Notes: generated by a model not told the origin, from the sequence alone. DNA of 64,000 bases from Dehalococcoidales bacterium (GCA_034416335.1 DAOULV010000019.1:7765-71764); one strand, 5' to 3'; counted from the first letter of the stretch, positions 9,638 through 18,483 are shown. A program made the numbers and translations.

Positions 9638-11266
9638 TTACTGGTAAAGTGAAAAGGCAGGTTCTTCCGCAGTAATAATCTCAAGAAGCGCAGCCTGTCC
9701 ACCGTCAACCTTTTCTTTTGCTCTCTTTATCGCGGGGATAACATCCTCCGGTTTTTCTACTTTCTCGCCGTAGCCGCCCAGGCTCTTGGCTACTCCGGCG
9801 TACTCGCCCGACTGCTTGTTGAGGTTGAATTTCTCGGAAGCGGATGCATGCATCCGGCTGTAGCCGCCGAGGACCGAGTTGTTGATAACAACTACGAGTA
9901 TGGGGATATTCTCCCTGACGGCCGTTTCGAAGTCCATTCCCACCATACCGAAAGCAGCGTTGCCCATAAAGGCGACTGTCGTCTTGTCCGGCCTGGCAAG
10001 TTTCGCTCCCATTGCAAAGCCCAGCGAGCCACCAAGGGTAGTCGATTTACCCCACCCTATATATCCGCCCGGAATCAGCGTCTCCCAGAACGGGACCAGC
10101 TGGTCGCGGGGATTGCCGGAATCGTGGGTGATTATGGTTTCATTCCTGTCCAGCGCCTGCATCAGGTCGAATATAACCCGGTACGGGTTGATGGGTACTT
10201 CATCGGAGGTAAGTTTCGGCAGCCACTCTTCCAGCCAGTCGTCTTTTACCCTGGCTATATCGGCGGCAATATCGTCTTCTACTTTCTTACCGCCCTGCGC
10301 TTTTATCTCATCGATAAGCTGACGCAAAACCAGCTTGGCATCGCCGATGATAGCATTTTCGACGTTATAGTCCTTGTTGATATCCTTGTCGTCTATCGTC
10401 GATTGAATAACTCTCTTGTCATCGGGTATCGGCGTAGTGAAACCTTCCTTGGTACAACTCGAACCTATGGCAAATACAAGGTCGGCTTTATTAAGAAACT
10501 GGATAACCATCTTCGGCCGCGTTCTGCCACCGGCGCCGAGAGAAAGCGGATGATTTTCCGGGAAAGCACTCTTGCCGCACATCGTGGTAAAGACCGGTAT
10601 CTGGATCAGTTCGGCCAGTTCCACCAGTTCGTCGGAGGCGTTGGCAAAAAGCACTCCCTGCCCGGCCCGGATAACGGGACTTTTAGCTTCTATCAGAGCC
10701 TTAGCCACTTCTTTGACCGCAGTGGGGTCACCGCTCGACTTGAATCCCTTCACCGGAGTGTACTTAAACTGTGCATCGTCGAATTCTTCGAAGTTGACGT
10801 CCATCGGTATCTCCAGCAGTACAGGCCCCGGCCGCCCGGTCCTGAGGTAAGTAAAAGCTCGCCTCATCATTTCCTGGACCTGGTCGGCGAAAAGCACGGT
10901 ATCCGCCCACTTGGTTATCGGTCCGTAGCTCTTCGGGGCAATGAAATTCGGCGGGACCATCCGTCTTCTGGGACTTCCGCTGGGCAATACAAGAATCGGT
11001 ACCGACTCGCTGTATGCCTGGGCAACGCCTGAAAAAGCATTCTCGACACCGGGCCCGTTCTGCATGGCGCAGACACCGTTTTTTTGACCGAGTGAAGCCC
11101 GGGTATAGCCATCTGCTATTCCGACCCCCACCCTTTCAGTCCTCGGGATAATGGTCCTGATACCTTCTTGCGCGGCTGCGTCGAACAGGAAATTCTGCGG
11201 AAATCCGCTGACAAATTCCACTCCCTCCGCTTTCAGAATTTTGGCTACGGCATTAATACCCTGCAT
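9638..11266 (-). CDS. Thiamine pyrophosphate-dependent enzyme (acetolactate synthase / sulfoacetaldehyde acetyltransferase-like superfamily)
   Basis: 542 aa. It has the N-terminal TPP-pyrimidine domain (GVEFVSGFP..RTERVGVGIADGYTRA) and a C-terminal TPP-binding GNAAFGM..NN motif. Confidence 0.85.
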   Translation of the reverse strand: MQGINAVAKILKAEGVEFVSGFPQNFLFDAAAQEGIRTIIPRTERVGVGIADGYTRASLGQKNGVCAMQNGPGVENAFSGVAQAYSESVPILVLPSGSPRRRMVPPNFIAPKSYGPITKWADTVLFADQVQEMMRRAFTYLRTGRPGPVLLEIPMDVNFEEFDDAQFKYTPVKGFKSSGDPTAVKEVAKALIEAKSPVIRAGQGVLFANASDELVELAELIQIPVFTTMCGKSAFPENHPLSLGAGGRTRPKMVIQFLNKADLVFAIGSSCTKEGFTTPIPDDKRVIQSTIDDKDINKDYNVENAIIGDAKLVLRQLIDEIKAQGGKKVEDDIAADIARVKDDWLEEWLPKLTSDEVPINPYRVIFDLMQALDRNETIITHDSGNPRDQLVPFWETLIPGGYIGWGKSTTLGGSLGFAMGAKLARPDKTTVAFMGNAAFGMVGMDFETAVRENIPILVVVINNSVLGGYSRMHASASEKFNLNKQSGEYAGVAKSLGGYGEKVEKPEDVIPAIKRAKEKVDGGQAALLEIITAEEPAFSLYQ

Positions 11267-11398
11267 GTTTTAATCTCCTTTCTCCGGGAATCGGAACGGC
11301 AGGTTGATATTCGGTGCTAAAAAAGCATATCGCAGCAGAAATGGCATGTCAACTTCTTTAATTCCCGGTGCTGTTTACATTTCACTGTCAATATTCAC

Positions 11399-11482
11399 CT
11401 CACCCCTTACCCCTCTCCAGTCGGAACCATTGATAATTATTGTTAGTCCTTACCGACTGGAGAGGGGGAGCAAGGGGGTGAG
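11399..11482 (+). repeat. CCCCTCTCC hairpin repeat (family R2), copy downstream of the GTPase gene
   Basis: CTCACCCCTTACCCCTCTCCAGTCGG, then a 29-nt AT-rich loop, then CCGACTGGAGAGGGGGAGCAAGGGGGTGAG. Confidence 0.75.
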
Positions 11483-11537
11483 TATAAATACAAGCAATGC
11501 CGAATAAAGTCTATTTGGTTCCAGCATTAGACTCCGG

Positions 11538-12476
11538 TCAGGAAGAAATTATCTCCACCGTATCACCATCGGCAAGTTTATACTCCAGGCCTGCCGACTG
11601 TACATCGGGAATCGAAGCATCGTTATGGCTTATTTTTACCCTCTTAAACCTCTTTAAAAGTCGTTTATCAAGGCTGTTAATGAAATCATACACCGTTACT
11701 TCCTGTTCGGCGGGAAACACCTGCGGTTTTTCCTGGACTTCCCCATTAAGTAACAGGTAAATGCTCTGCAGATTAAACAGTTCGAAAATACATTTCGAGA
11801 CAGAACCGATATCATTGATATCCACGACGGTCAGATTCTCCACTTCAGTATCCGGTTTCCATCCGGCCACAACCGCCGGTTTCTCTATAATATCCTCACT
11901 GGATGTATTCTTTATCTTTTCGACTGATAAAGGTTCATTCACCATCAAGACAGAATTTTCCGCCAGCTGTCGCACTGCGGAATCGTAGTCTTTACCGGTT
12001 TTCACGCATAAACACACGACATCCGCGTTCCGGATGAACCTGTACTTGGCTGTATCTGTATCACCGGGAAACAATGCCGGTACTTCGATCGCCTGTATCG
12101 ATACGCCGTGATAGTTCATCATCTGTACTTCAGGCTTATGTGTCGTATAAGGAGAATCCTTGACTTCGGCATCGCCGCCGGCCAGCCGGTTGAGCAATGT
12201 GCTCTTCCCCGTGTTCGCCACACCTATAATCGCAACCTGTCTTTTATAGTGAATACCGTCGTAAGGAGACATCACCACCCGCTTTTTAGATGCCTTTTTC
12301 AGTCGCAGGGTTTCCATTTCATCCCTGTACCTTCTTCTTAAAGCCAGGTTCCTCGGATTTCTAGGTTGTAGAGACACCAGACGTTCAAGCAAAGCGATTT
12401 TCTCTTCTATATTTCCGGTATTTTTCAGCTTCTTCCTTAATACCGTAAATTCAATATCATGGTGGATCTTTTTCAT
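11538..12476 (-). CDS. DRG/Obg-like GTP-binding protein with a C-terminal TGS domain (degenerate G3/G4 motifs)
   Basis: 312 aa. G1 is GVANTGKS and there is a G2-like YTTHKP. The expected DxxG position reads EVPA, and no NKxD is present. The C-terminus LADGDTVEII is TGS-like. Confidence 0.7.
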   Translation of the reverse strand: MKKIHHDIEFTVLRKKLKNTGNIEEKIALLERLVSLQPRNPRNLALRRRYRDEMETLRLKKASKKRVVMSPYDGIHYKRQVAIIGVANTGKSTLLNRLAGGDAEVKDSPYTTHKPEVQMMNYHGVSIQAIEVPALFPGDTDTAKYRFIRNADVVCLCVKTGKDYDSAVRQLAENSVLMVNEPLSVEKIKNTSSEDIIEKPAVVAGWKPDTEVENLTVVDINDIGSVSKCIFELFNLQSIYLLLNGEVQEKPQVFPAEQEVTVYDFINSLDKRLLKRFKRVKISHNDASIPDVQSAGLEYKLADGDTVEIISS

Positions 12477-12506
12477 TTATTTCCCCCCTTTCCGTGGTAA
12501 TAAAAA

Positions 12507-12530
12507 ACCCGGGAGCTTTACTTCCCGGGT
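12507..12530 (-). terminator. Orphan terminator-like hairpin (minus strand) in a divergent intergenic region
   Basis: An 8-bp stem ACCCGGGA/TCCCGGGT is followed on the minus strand by TTTTTTA. No minus-strand gene lies upstream of it. Confidence 0.3.
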
Positions 12531-12747
12531 CCGGTATCTTTCCTGTTTCTATCTGTATTCTTACATTATGTAAAATTAATGGAAATACACCAACCCCCTG
12601 GCTTCTGCAGTTACCGGCAGAATCACTATTATCAGATTATGATTTCTCCAGTGTACCACCCGTATCTCCATTACCTGTCGGTTACAGAAACGGATTATAT
12701 AGATTGTTTATTAAAGTGTCAATAGTAATATGTATAATTTGATCTTA

Positions 12748-12819
12748 CTTCACCCCTGCCCCCTCTCCAGCCGGAACCATTGATAATTATTGTTAGTCTT
12801 TACAGGCTGGAGAGGGGAG
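12748..12819 (+). repeat. CCCCTCTCC hairpin repeat (family R2), copy upstream of the GTPase gene
   Basis: The core matches 11411..11466 at about 52/56 positions, in the same orientation, and includes a compensatory T-A to C-G stem change. Confidence 0.75.
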
Positions 12820-12885
12820 TATATACACACCAGCACTCAACTACAATCAAGTATTCATATAATATATAATCAAGAGAAGAGAAAA

Positions 12886-13650
12886 ATGGATAAAATCGAC
12901 GAAGTAGCCGTGATAATAAATCAGTCGAAAAAGATAGTGGTTTTTACCGGTGCCGGCATCAGCACCGAATCGGGCATCCCCGATTTCCGCAGTCCCGGCG
13001 GCATCTGGGACCAGTACGACCCCAATGAACTCACCTACCAGAAATTCCTGACTGTACAAGCAAGCCGGGAAAAGTACTGGGAAAGGCAGAGACACCTATG
13101 GCCGCTGATATCGAAGGCAGAACCAAACGCCGGTCACCACGCTATAGACGAACTGCACCGGATGGGAAAACTCGACTGTATAATCACACAGGACGGTGAC
13201 AGCCTGCACCAGAAATCAGGCATCCCCGATGAAATGGTAATCGAACTGCACGGCACCTGGACGCGGGCTTTATGCCTGGAATGCGGCAGCAGGTATCCGA
13301 TGGATGATATATATCTCAGACTTGAAGCCGGAGAAAAAGTACCCCTGTGCGAAAAATGCGGTGGGATAATGAAACCCGATGTCATCCAGTTCGGCCAGGC
13401 ACTCCCGGAAAGAGAAATACGCGAAGCCCAGAGAAGGGCTGCCGAATGTGACCTGTTGATGGCCTGCGGTTCGTCGCTGGTGGTCTACCCTGCTGCCGAG
13501 ATGCCGCTGATGGCAAAAGAACGCGGGGCGAAACTCGTGATTATCAACCTGATGCCGACACCCCATGACAGGTATGCCGACGTAGTGATAAACGAAAAAC
13601 TAGGTGTGACACTTACCGCGATAATCGATAAAGTAAAATCGACGCAGTGA
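12886..13650 (+). CDS. cobB: NAD-dependent protein deacylase (sirtuin, Sir2 family)
   Basis: Motifs are GAGISTESGIPDFRSPGG and the Zn ribbon CLECG..CEKCGG. The start is moved to the ATG at 12886 because track start 12790 lies inside a repeat element. Confidence 0.9.
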   Translation: MDKIDEVAVIINQSKKIVVFTGAGISTESGIPDFRSPGGIWDQYDPNELTYQKFLTVQASREKYWERQRHLWPLISKAEPNAGHHAIDELHRMGKLDCIITQDGDSLHQKSGIPDEMVIELHGTWTRALCLECGSRYPMDDIYLRLEAGEKVPLCEKCGGIMKPDVIQFGQALPEREIREAQRRAAECDLLMACGSSLVVYPAAEMPLMAKERGAKLVIINLMPTPHDRYADVVINEKLGVTLTAIIDKVKSTQ

Positions 13651-13651
13651 T

Positions 13652-14155
13652 TCAAGAGCCGAATGCAGCCTTGACTCTCCTGGAAAAGAGAATGAACAGC
13701 GCCAGGAGAATAACGCCGCAAATCATCGAGGAATCTGCCACGTTAAAAGTAGGCCACGGACCTATATCTATAAAGTCGGTGACGTAGCCGCGTGACAACC
13801 TGTCGATAAGATTACCCGCCGTACCACCTAGAATCAGTCCGAGAGTGAATTTACTGAACCATGTATCCAGCAGAGGATAACGGAAGGTAATGAGTACGGC
13901 GAAGCCCAGGACAAGCACTATACCGGTTATCGCGACAATGGTCAGGATGAAATTATGGTCCTGGAAAAGCCCGAAAGAAGAGCCGGTATTATGGACATCG
14001 ATTATACGGAATATTCCCGCCTTAAAGATAGGAAATTCACCGGTGTAGGTTCTTATCCAGTTTTTAGTCAACTGGTCGGCGGTAATAATTACAGCAGCGG
14101 TAAGGACAAAGACAACACTCCACCACCAACGTATGCTAGACCCTTCCCTTTTCAT
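13652..14155 (-). CDS. lspA: Lipoprotein signal peptidase (signal peptidase II)
   Basis: 167 aa with 4 TM segments. Conserved motifs are NTGSSFG and FNVADS. Confidence 0.9.
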   Translation of the reverse strand: MKREGSSIRWWWSVVFVLTAAVIITADQLTKNWIRTYTGEFPIFKAGIFRIIDVHNTGSSFGLFQDHNFILTIVAITGIVLVLGFAVLITFRYPLLDTWFSKFTLGLILGGTAGNLIDRLSRGYVTDFIDIGPWPTFNVADSSMICGVILLALFILFSRRVKAAFGS

Positions 14156-14498
14156 TCTTTGCCTTGCAGTCTATGCACAAACTCGCCTGCGGCAGCGCTT
14201 CCAGCCGGTTTTCTGCTATCGGTTTACCGCAGCTGTCACACATACCGTAGGTACCGTCTTCTATCTTCTGTAAAGCATGCTCAAAGTCAACAAGCTGTTC
14301 CCTTAACTGCTTTTCCAGAGCAAGCCGTTTTTCGAGTTCCAGGCTTTCCGTAGCCTCCTCTTCCCTCTTACCGAACGGACTCCCCTCGCGCCTTACATCA
14401 TTCGACTGGGAGTCAATGCCTAACTGCGTTATTTCATCCTCAATACGTTTCTTTTCACCCTCCAGAAAAGTGCGGGCTTGTTCGGTTTTTTTACTCAC
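14136..14498 (-). CDS. DksA/TraR family C4-type zinc-finger protein
   Basis: 120 aa. It has a coiled-coil N-terminus and CDSCGKPI..CIDCK. It starts at GTG with a GGAGGA RBS and overlaps lspA by 20 nt. Confidence 0.85.
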   Translation of the reverse strand: MSKKTEQARTFLEGEKKRIEDEITQLGIDSQSNDVRREGSPFGKREEEATESLELEKRLALEKQLREQLVDFEHALQKIEDGTYGMCDSCGKPIAENRLEALPQASLCIDCKAKNEKGRV

Positions 14499-14973
14499 TT
14501 CATCTTCCTCCTGCTTATCTGCCAGCCCGGATTCTTTTCACGTACAAACAGGTATCAGCAGGTAAGCTATTATCGTTGAGTGCAATCCCGGAAAATTGCC
14601 AGTGCGGTTTCAGTCCAGTCCGGTCTTACGCGAAACAAATTGACGGCACCGACCACCTGTTCGTCTTGCAGGCTGTTATTGAAAACAGCCGGTGCGTCGT
14701 CTTCCGGTATAAGGAGTACATCCCGGAGAGTATCGAAAGAATTGTGTTTCGCTGGACCATAAATTAGTCTGCCTTACTATTACTATAATATGCCGGCGTA
14801 TTTCCGGCATATTATGCGAGAGAAAGAAGTATATCACAATCGTTAAATCAAAGCAATATATGATATTTACTCTTTTATATCTGTTTTGTCAAACTTTCAA
14901 TGCTTTTTATTAGTCAAATCAATCCGTAAAAGGTATGATGAAATAGAGCAATGATTACTCGCAAGAGGCAATA

Positions 14974-15291
14974 ATGATGAAAGATTCAGTGATAGCGGAA
15001 ATAAAGGTGTACCCTTTCGGCTCCGGGACAGCCAGTGTAAGTCACATCGTCGCAACCTGCGTCAGTGTTCTCGAAAAAGCTTCCGACATCAAATACCAGG
15101 TAACACCGATGGCAACGATTATCGAAGGTCCGCTGGAAAGGATACTCGAACTCGTAAAGGAGATGCACGAACTCCCCTTCTCACAGGGCATCAATCGCGT
15201 TGTAACCAGCATCAGCATAGACGACCGCCGCGACAAGCAGATAACTATGGACGGCAAGGTTAAAGCCGTAAGGGATAAGGTAAAGAGTTAA
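14974..15291 (+). CDS. MTH1187/YkoF-like (DUF77) thiamine-binding family protein
   Basis: 105 aa. The N-terminal VIAEIKVYPFG..ASVSHIV and ..TPMATIIEG pattern is typical of UPF0045/DUF77. Confidence 0.65.
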   Translation: MMKDSVIAEIKVYPFGSGTASVSHIVATCVSVLEKASDIKYQVTPMATIIEGPLERILELVKEMHELPFSQGINRVVTSISIDDRRDKQITMDGKVKAVRDKVKS

Positions 15292-15300
15292 CGAGGAGGA

Positions 15301-16077
15301 TCAGCCTTTCTTCAGGCCAGATACGATTACTATCTCCGGCACACTCTCAGTATCGTTATTTAGTTTATGGTCCCCATAAGACTTGACTGAGTCAAAACCG
15401 CAGTAAGACATCAGCAGGCGTACTTCGTCTTCAAAGAATATCCTCAGGTCCTCTTCGGCAAACACGGTCTTCACCTGTCCGTTATGCTCATCTATCAGGT
15501 ACTGAAATTCCACGTGTTTTACACGCCTTTTCCTGTCCAGGGTCGCCTGCTCAGACAAAAATATCGTCGCATCATCGAATTTGTAGGTGGCTTTATCCTT
15601 GTGCCACTCATCGGATATCGACCACCCGTTGATAAAGTCAACGATAAAAACTCCCCCGGGCGCCAGCATCCTGTTTACTGCGTTCAGAAAATTTATAGCC
15701 TTCTGATGTGTAGTCATATACAGGAACGTATATCCCAGGCAGTAAGCTGCCTCGAACTTATCAGGCGGTTCAAAACTATTAACGTCCCCGCATATAAAAT
15801 CGATTGACAGGCCTGCTTTACCGGCCTTATCAGCAGCAATAGCAAGCATATCCTCCGACAAATCGATTCCGGTAATATCATAACCGAGCCCGGTCATTTT
15901 AATAGCATGTTCACCGGTACCACAGCACAAATCCAGCACCCGTTTCGTCCCGGGACTGCATTTCTTTATCAGAGTATCAGCGAACCTGGCTTCCTTACCG
16001 TAATCACGGAACTGCCTCATGGCGTCGTAATACTTAGCCAGTTCCCTGGTAAACATCGTATCGCTGTACACTCTCAT
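15301..16077 (-). CDS. Class I SAM-dependent methyltransferase
   Basis: 258 aa. Motif I is VLDLCCGTGEH, with post-I ITGIDLSEDML. Confidence 0.8.
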   Translation of the reverse strand: MRVYSDTMFTRELAKYYDAMRQFRDYGKEARFADTLIKKCSPGTKRVLDLCCGTGEHAIKMTGLGYDITGIDLSEDMLAIAADKAGKAGLSIDFICGDVNSFEPPDKFEAAYCLGYTFLYMTTHQKAINFLNAVNRMLAPGGVFIVDFINGWSISDEWHKDKATYKFDDATIFLSEQATLDRKRRVKHVEFQYLIDEHNGQVKTVFAEEDLRIFFEDEVRLLMSYCGFDSVKSYGDHKLNNDTESVPEIVIVSGLKKG

Positions 16078-16157
16078 TAATCCCTCACGGGTAAAGATAC
16101 TACCGATAGATTGCCAATATCTTGTTGATTATACATTTATGAAAAAGCTGAGTCCAT

Positions 16158-16302
16158 CCAAATTTCCCTCCCTCGACTCCCTTATTCACTCAAGCAACTG
16201 CTCCGTGCCATTTAATAGGTGATTTTTGAAAGAAAACGGTCCTATTTTCGAAAATCACCTCTCTTTTTAAGGAGAGGGGATTATTCGTAACAGGGGTGAG
16301 GT
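16158..16302 (-). repeat. Composite C-rich/hairpin repeat region (R2-like)
   Basis: It contains the inverted repeat AGGTGATTTTTGAAA..TTTCGAAAATCACCT and, on the reverse complement, CCTCACCCCTG..CCCCTCTCC ends. Confidence 0.4.
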
Positions 16303-16357
16303 AAAAAAAGATAATAGTATCAGTTTAAAATACCGGAATTTTGCCTTATGCAAAAAA

Positions 16358-16385
16358 CAGATCCCCGCCTGCGCGGGGATGACAG
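16358..16385 (-). repeat. Short hairpin repeat (family R4), reverse orientation
   Basis: The reverse complement reads ctgtcatccccgcgcaggcggggatctg, with an 8-bp stem ATCCCCGC/GCGGGGAT. Confidence 0.6.
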
Positions 16386-16395
16386 AGAATATTAC

Positions 16396-16442
16396 TTGAC
16401 ATTTTTACACATTTTTACTATCCTAATTGAAAACTATTTTCA
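16396..16442 (+). promoter_or_regulatory. Promoter TTGACA-17-TATCCT with an overlapping Fur-family 7-1-7 box
   Basis: -35 is at 16396..16401 and -10 at 16419..16424. TGAAAAC-T-ATTTTCA at 16428..16442 lies just upstream of the fur-family ATG at 16452. Confidence 0.5.
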
Positions 16443-16451
16443 TTTATAGCT

Positions 16452-16883
16452 ATGAAACTTTCAGAGAAGAAAATCAACTCAATTCTAAAACAGCACGGCT
16501 ACAAACTCACTCCCCAGCGCCGGGCCGTTATCCGGGTGGTCACCTCCACCAACGACCACCTGACCCCCACGGACATCCATGAGAAGATACGGGACGTATA
16601 CCCGGGCACCGGTCTTGTGACCATTTACCGCACCCTGGAGATACTCTCCGAACTCGGCCTTATCTGCGAGGTTCATTCCGGGGGAAGCTGCCGCAGCTAC
16701 ACCATGGGCTCCCGGCAGCACCACCATCATCTGATATGCTCTGGCTGCGGGACGGTCGTGGACTTCACCGGACACTATCTCGATAACCTGGAGAAAAATC
16801 TCTCGGACGAAAGCGGTTTCAGGATAGACGGGCACCTCCTGGAATTCATCGGTCTCTGCCGTAACTGCCAGAATTTTTCATAG
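16452..16883 (+). CDS. Fur family transcriptional repressor (Fur/Zur/PerR type not resolved)
   Basis: 143 aa. It has a DNA-binding N-terminus (LTPQRRAVIRVV), an HHHH..CSGCG metal site and a C-terminal CRNC. Confidence 0.9.
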   Translation: MKLSEKKINSILKQHGYKLTPQRRAVIRVVTSTNDHLTPTDIHEKIRDVYPGTGLVTIYRTLEILSELGLICEVHSGGSCRSYTMGSRQHHHHLICSGCGTVVDFTGHYLDNLEKNLSDESGFRIDGHLLEFIGLCRNCQNFS

Positions 16884-16924
16884 TTGTGACAAATCAGCCA
16901 GCCCGTTCATAACCGGAGATTGGA

Positions 16925-17569
16925 ATGTTTAAAAACATCATCAGAGAACTGAAGGAACACGTCCCTTTTACCGCTATAGGAGCGGTTACGGGGATCATCA
17001 TAATGGTGATAGTCGTCGTGACCGACCTCCCGTCCATTGTTTCTAACGACGTATTCCATATCCTGCACCCCCTCCACGTTATTCTCAGCGCCCTGACTAC
17101 TACGGCAATGTACCGTAAATACGGGCATAAATCTATCTGGAAAGCCGTACTGATAGGATATTGCGGCTCAATCGGTATTGCCAGTATCAGTGACGCCTTT
17201 ATCCCCTACCTGGGCGGCGTCCTGCTCGATATTAATATAGAATTTCATATACCTTTTATCGAAACGGAGGAAATGCACCTTCTAGGAATACCCACCTGGA
17301 TGGTGATCAACGGGGCCGCTTTCATTGGAATTGCTATCGGCTATATCAAACCAACCACCAAGTTCCCGCACCTGGGTCACATGTTTCTCAGCACCTGGGC
17401 ATCACTCTTCTACTTTATCGCCTACAGTATTGCGGAGTGGCTGCCCCTTCTTCCGCTTATCTTCGTCTTCCTGTTCGTGGCCGTCTGGCTGCCCTGCTGT
17501 GTCAGCGATATTATCTTCCCGCTGCTTTTCTCCGGGAAAAAGGAAATAGTTCCTCATCACCAGCACTAG
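16925..17569 (+). CDS. Integral membrane protein with His-rich motifs, possible metal transporter
   Basis: 214 aa with about 6 TM segments. It has HILHPLHV and a C-terminal HHQH, a GGAG RBS, and lies directly downstream of the Fur-family gene. Confidence 0.55.
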   Translation: MFKNIIRELKEHVPFTAIGAVTGIIIMVIVVVTDLPSIVSNDVFHILHPLHVILSALTTTAMYRKYGHKSIWKAVLIGYCGSIGIASISDAFIPYLGGVLLDINIEFHIPFIETEEMHLLGIPTWMVINGAAFIGIAIGYIKPTTKFPHLGHMFLSTWASLFYFIAYSIAEWLPLLPLIFVFLFVAVWLPCCVSDIIFPLLFSGKKEIVPHHQH

Positions 17570-17599
17570 CGATTGAATTCACCAGTCAGGAGGGAAAAA

Positions 17600-18436
17600 G
17601 TGACTGTAAAAATAACCACCCTCAGTGAAAATACCGCGGCTTTTGCCGGTCTCCTCGCCGAACACGGTCTGAGCGTACTGATAGAGACCGAAGAAGCGAA
17701 CGTCCTGCTCGATACGGGACTGAGCATCTCTGTCCCTCATAACGTCGAAGCTCTGGGAGTCGACCTCAAAACGGTCGATAAGATAGTAATAAGTCACGGC
17801 CACCACGACCACACCGGGGGGTTGCGTGACGTGCTGCGAAAAATGCGAAAAAAGGTAGATATCATCGGTCATCCGGATATAATGGCTTCCAAATACGCCA
17901 AGCGTGAGGGACATCCGGCAGGATATATAGGAATACCTTTCGACCTGCGTGAACTCGAAAACCTCGGCGCCGATTTCGTTCTTACCCCCGAACCGGTACA
18001 GATATCGGAGAATATCACGACTTCCGGAGAAATCCCGATGAAGACCGATTACGAGGATATCGACCCCTTCCTCAAGGAAATGAAAGGGACCGAACTTGTA
18101 CCGGACAAGCTCCTGGACGACCGTGCCCTGTTCATCAGAACGGATAAAGGTCTCGTCGTAATACTGGGCTGTGCCCACCGTGGGATTATCAACACCCTCT
18201 ATCATGCGCAGGAACTGACCGGAGAACAGCGGATTGAGATGGTTATCGGCGGCTGTCACCTGATGAATTCGGAAGAAGAACGCGTCTGGCGGACCATCGC
18301 CGCCCTGAAAGAACTCGAAGTTAAGAAGATAGGTGTTTCCCACTGTACCAGTTTGCCGGCGGCAGCTATGATGGCGCACGAGTTCGGTGAAGACTTTTTC
18401 TTCAACAACACCGGCACCCGTATTGAACTGGAGTGA
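17600..18436 (+). CDS. MBL-fold metallo-hydrolase
   Basis: The motif is ISHGHHDHTGG. The start is set at the GTG at 17600, 5 nt after AGGAGGG (track ORF starts at TTG 17573). Confidence 0.8.
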   Translation: MTVKITTLSENTAAFAGLLAEHGLSVLIETEEANVLLDTGLSISVPHNVEALGVDLKTVDKIVISHGHHDHTGGLRDVLRKMRKKVDIIGHPDIMASKYAKREGHPAGYIGIPFDLRELENLGADFVLTPEPVQISENITTSGEIPMKTDYEDIDPFLKEMKGTELVPDKLLDDRALFIRTDKGLVVILGCAHRGIINTLYHAQELTGEQRIEMVIGGCHLMNSEEERVWRTIAALKELEVKKIGVSHCTSLPAAAMMAHEFGEDFFFNNTGTRIELE

Positions 18437-18483
18437 CGATAAGTCGTATCATTGGGAGAACGAACATAAATTCCTGAAAAGGA

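Noticed and set aside
9848-11032. 394-aa plus-strand ORF antisense to the TPP-enzyme gene. Similar long shadow ORFs are at 17579..18379, 35047..35886, 37922..38680, 44024..44740, 49002..49925, 50877..51677 and 54288..55049.
   Set aside because: Each lies fully inside a confidently recognised gene on the opposite strand. Their compositions are Arg/Ser/Pro/Gly-skewed and they carry no recognisable motifs, as is typical of antisense shadow ORFs in moderately GC-rich DNA.
433-11266. A coherent sulfolactate/sulfoacetaldehyde or tartrate/glycerate pathway formed by the 2-hydroxyacid dehydrogenase, Ldh_2 enzyme, MOFRL glycerate kinase and TPP enzyme.
   Set aside because: The genes are separated by the ABC/MarR operon and lie on different strands and in different transcription units. 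Family-level assignments do not fix the substrates, so this is too speculative to report as a finding.
12790-12885. N-terminal 32 codons of the track ORF for the sirtuin.
   Set aside because: This stretch runs through the R2 repeat and AT-rich DNA. Sirtuin homology starts right after the ATG at 12886.
14499-14973. 475-bp intergenic region upstream of dksA/lspA and the DUF77 gene, examined for SRP RNA, 6S RNA, tmRNA and a TPP riboswitch.
   Set aside because: I found a few local hairpins (for example AATATGCCGG..CCGGCATATT at about 14790-14815) but none of the conserved cores I know: no SRP domain IV, no CUGAGA..ACCUGAUCUGG, no tRNA-like end. The evidence is insufficient to call a feature, though a cmscan would be worthwhile.
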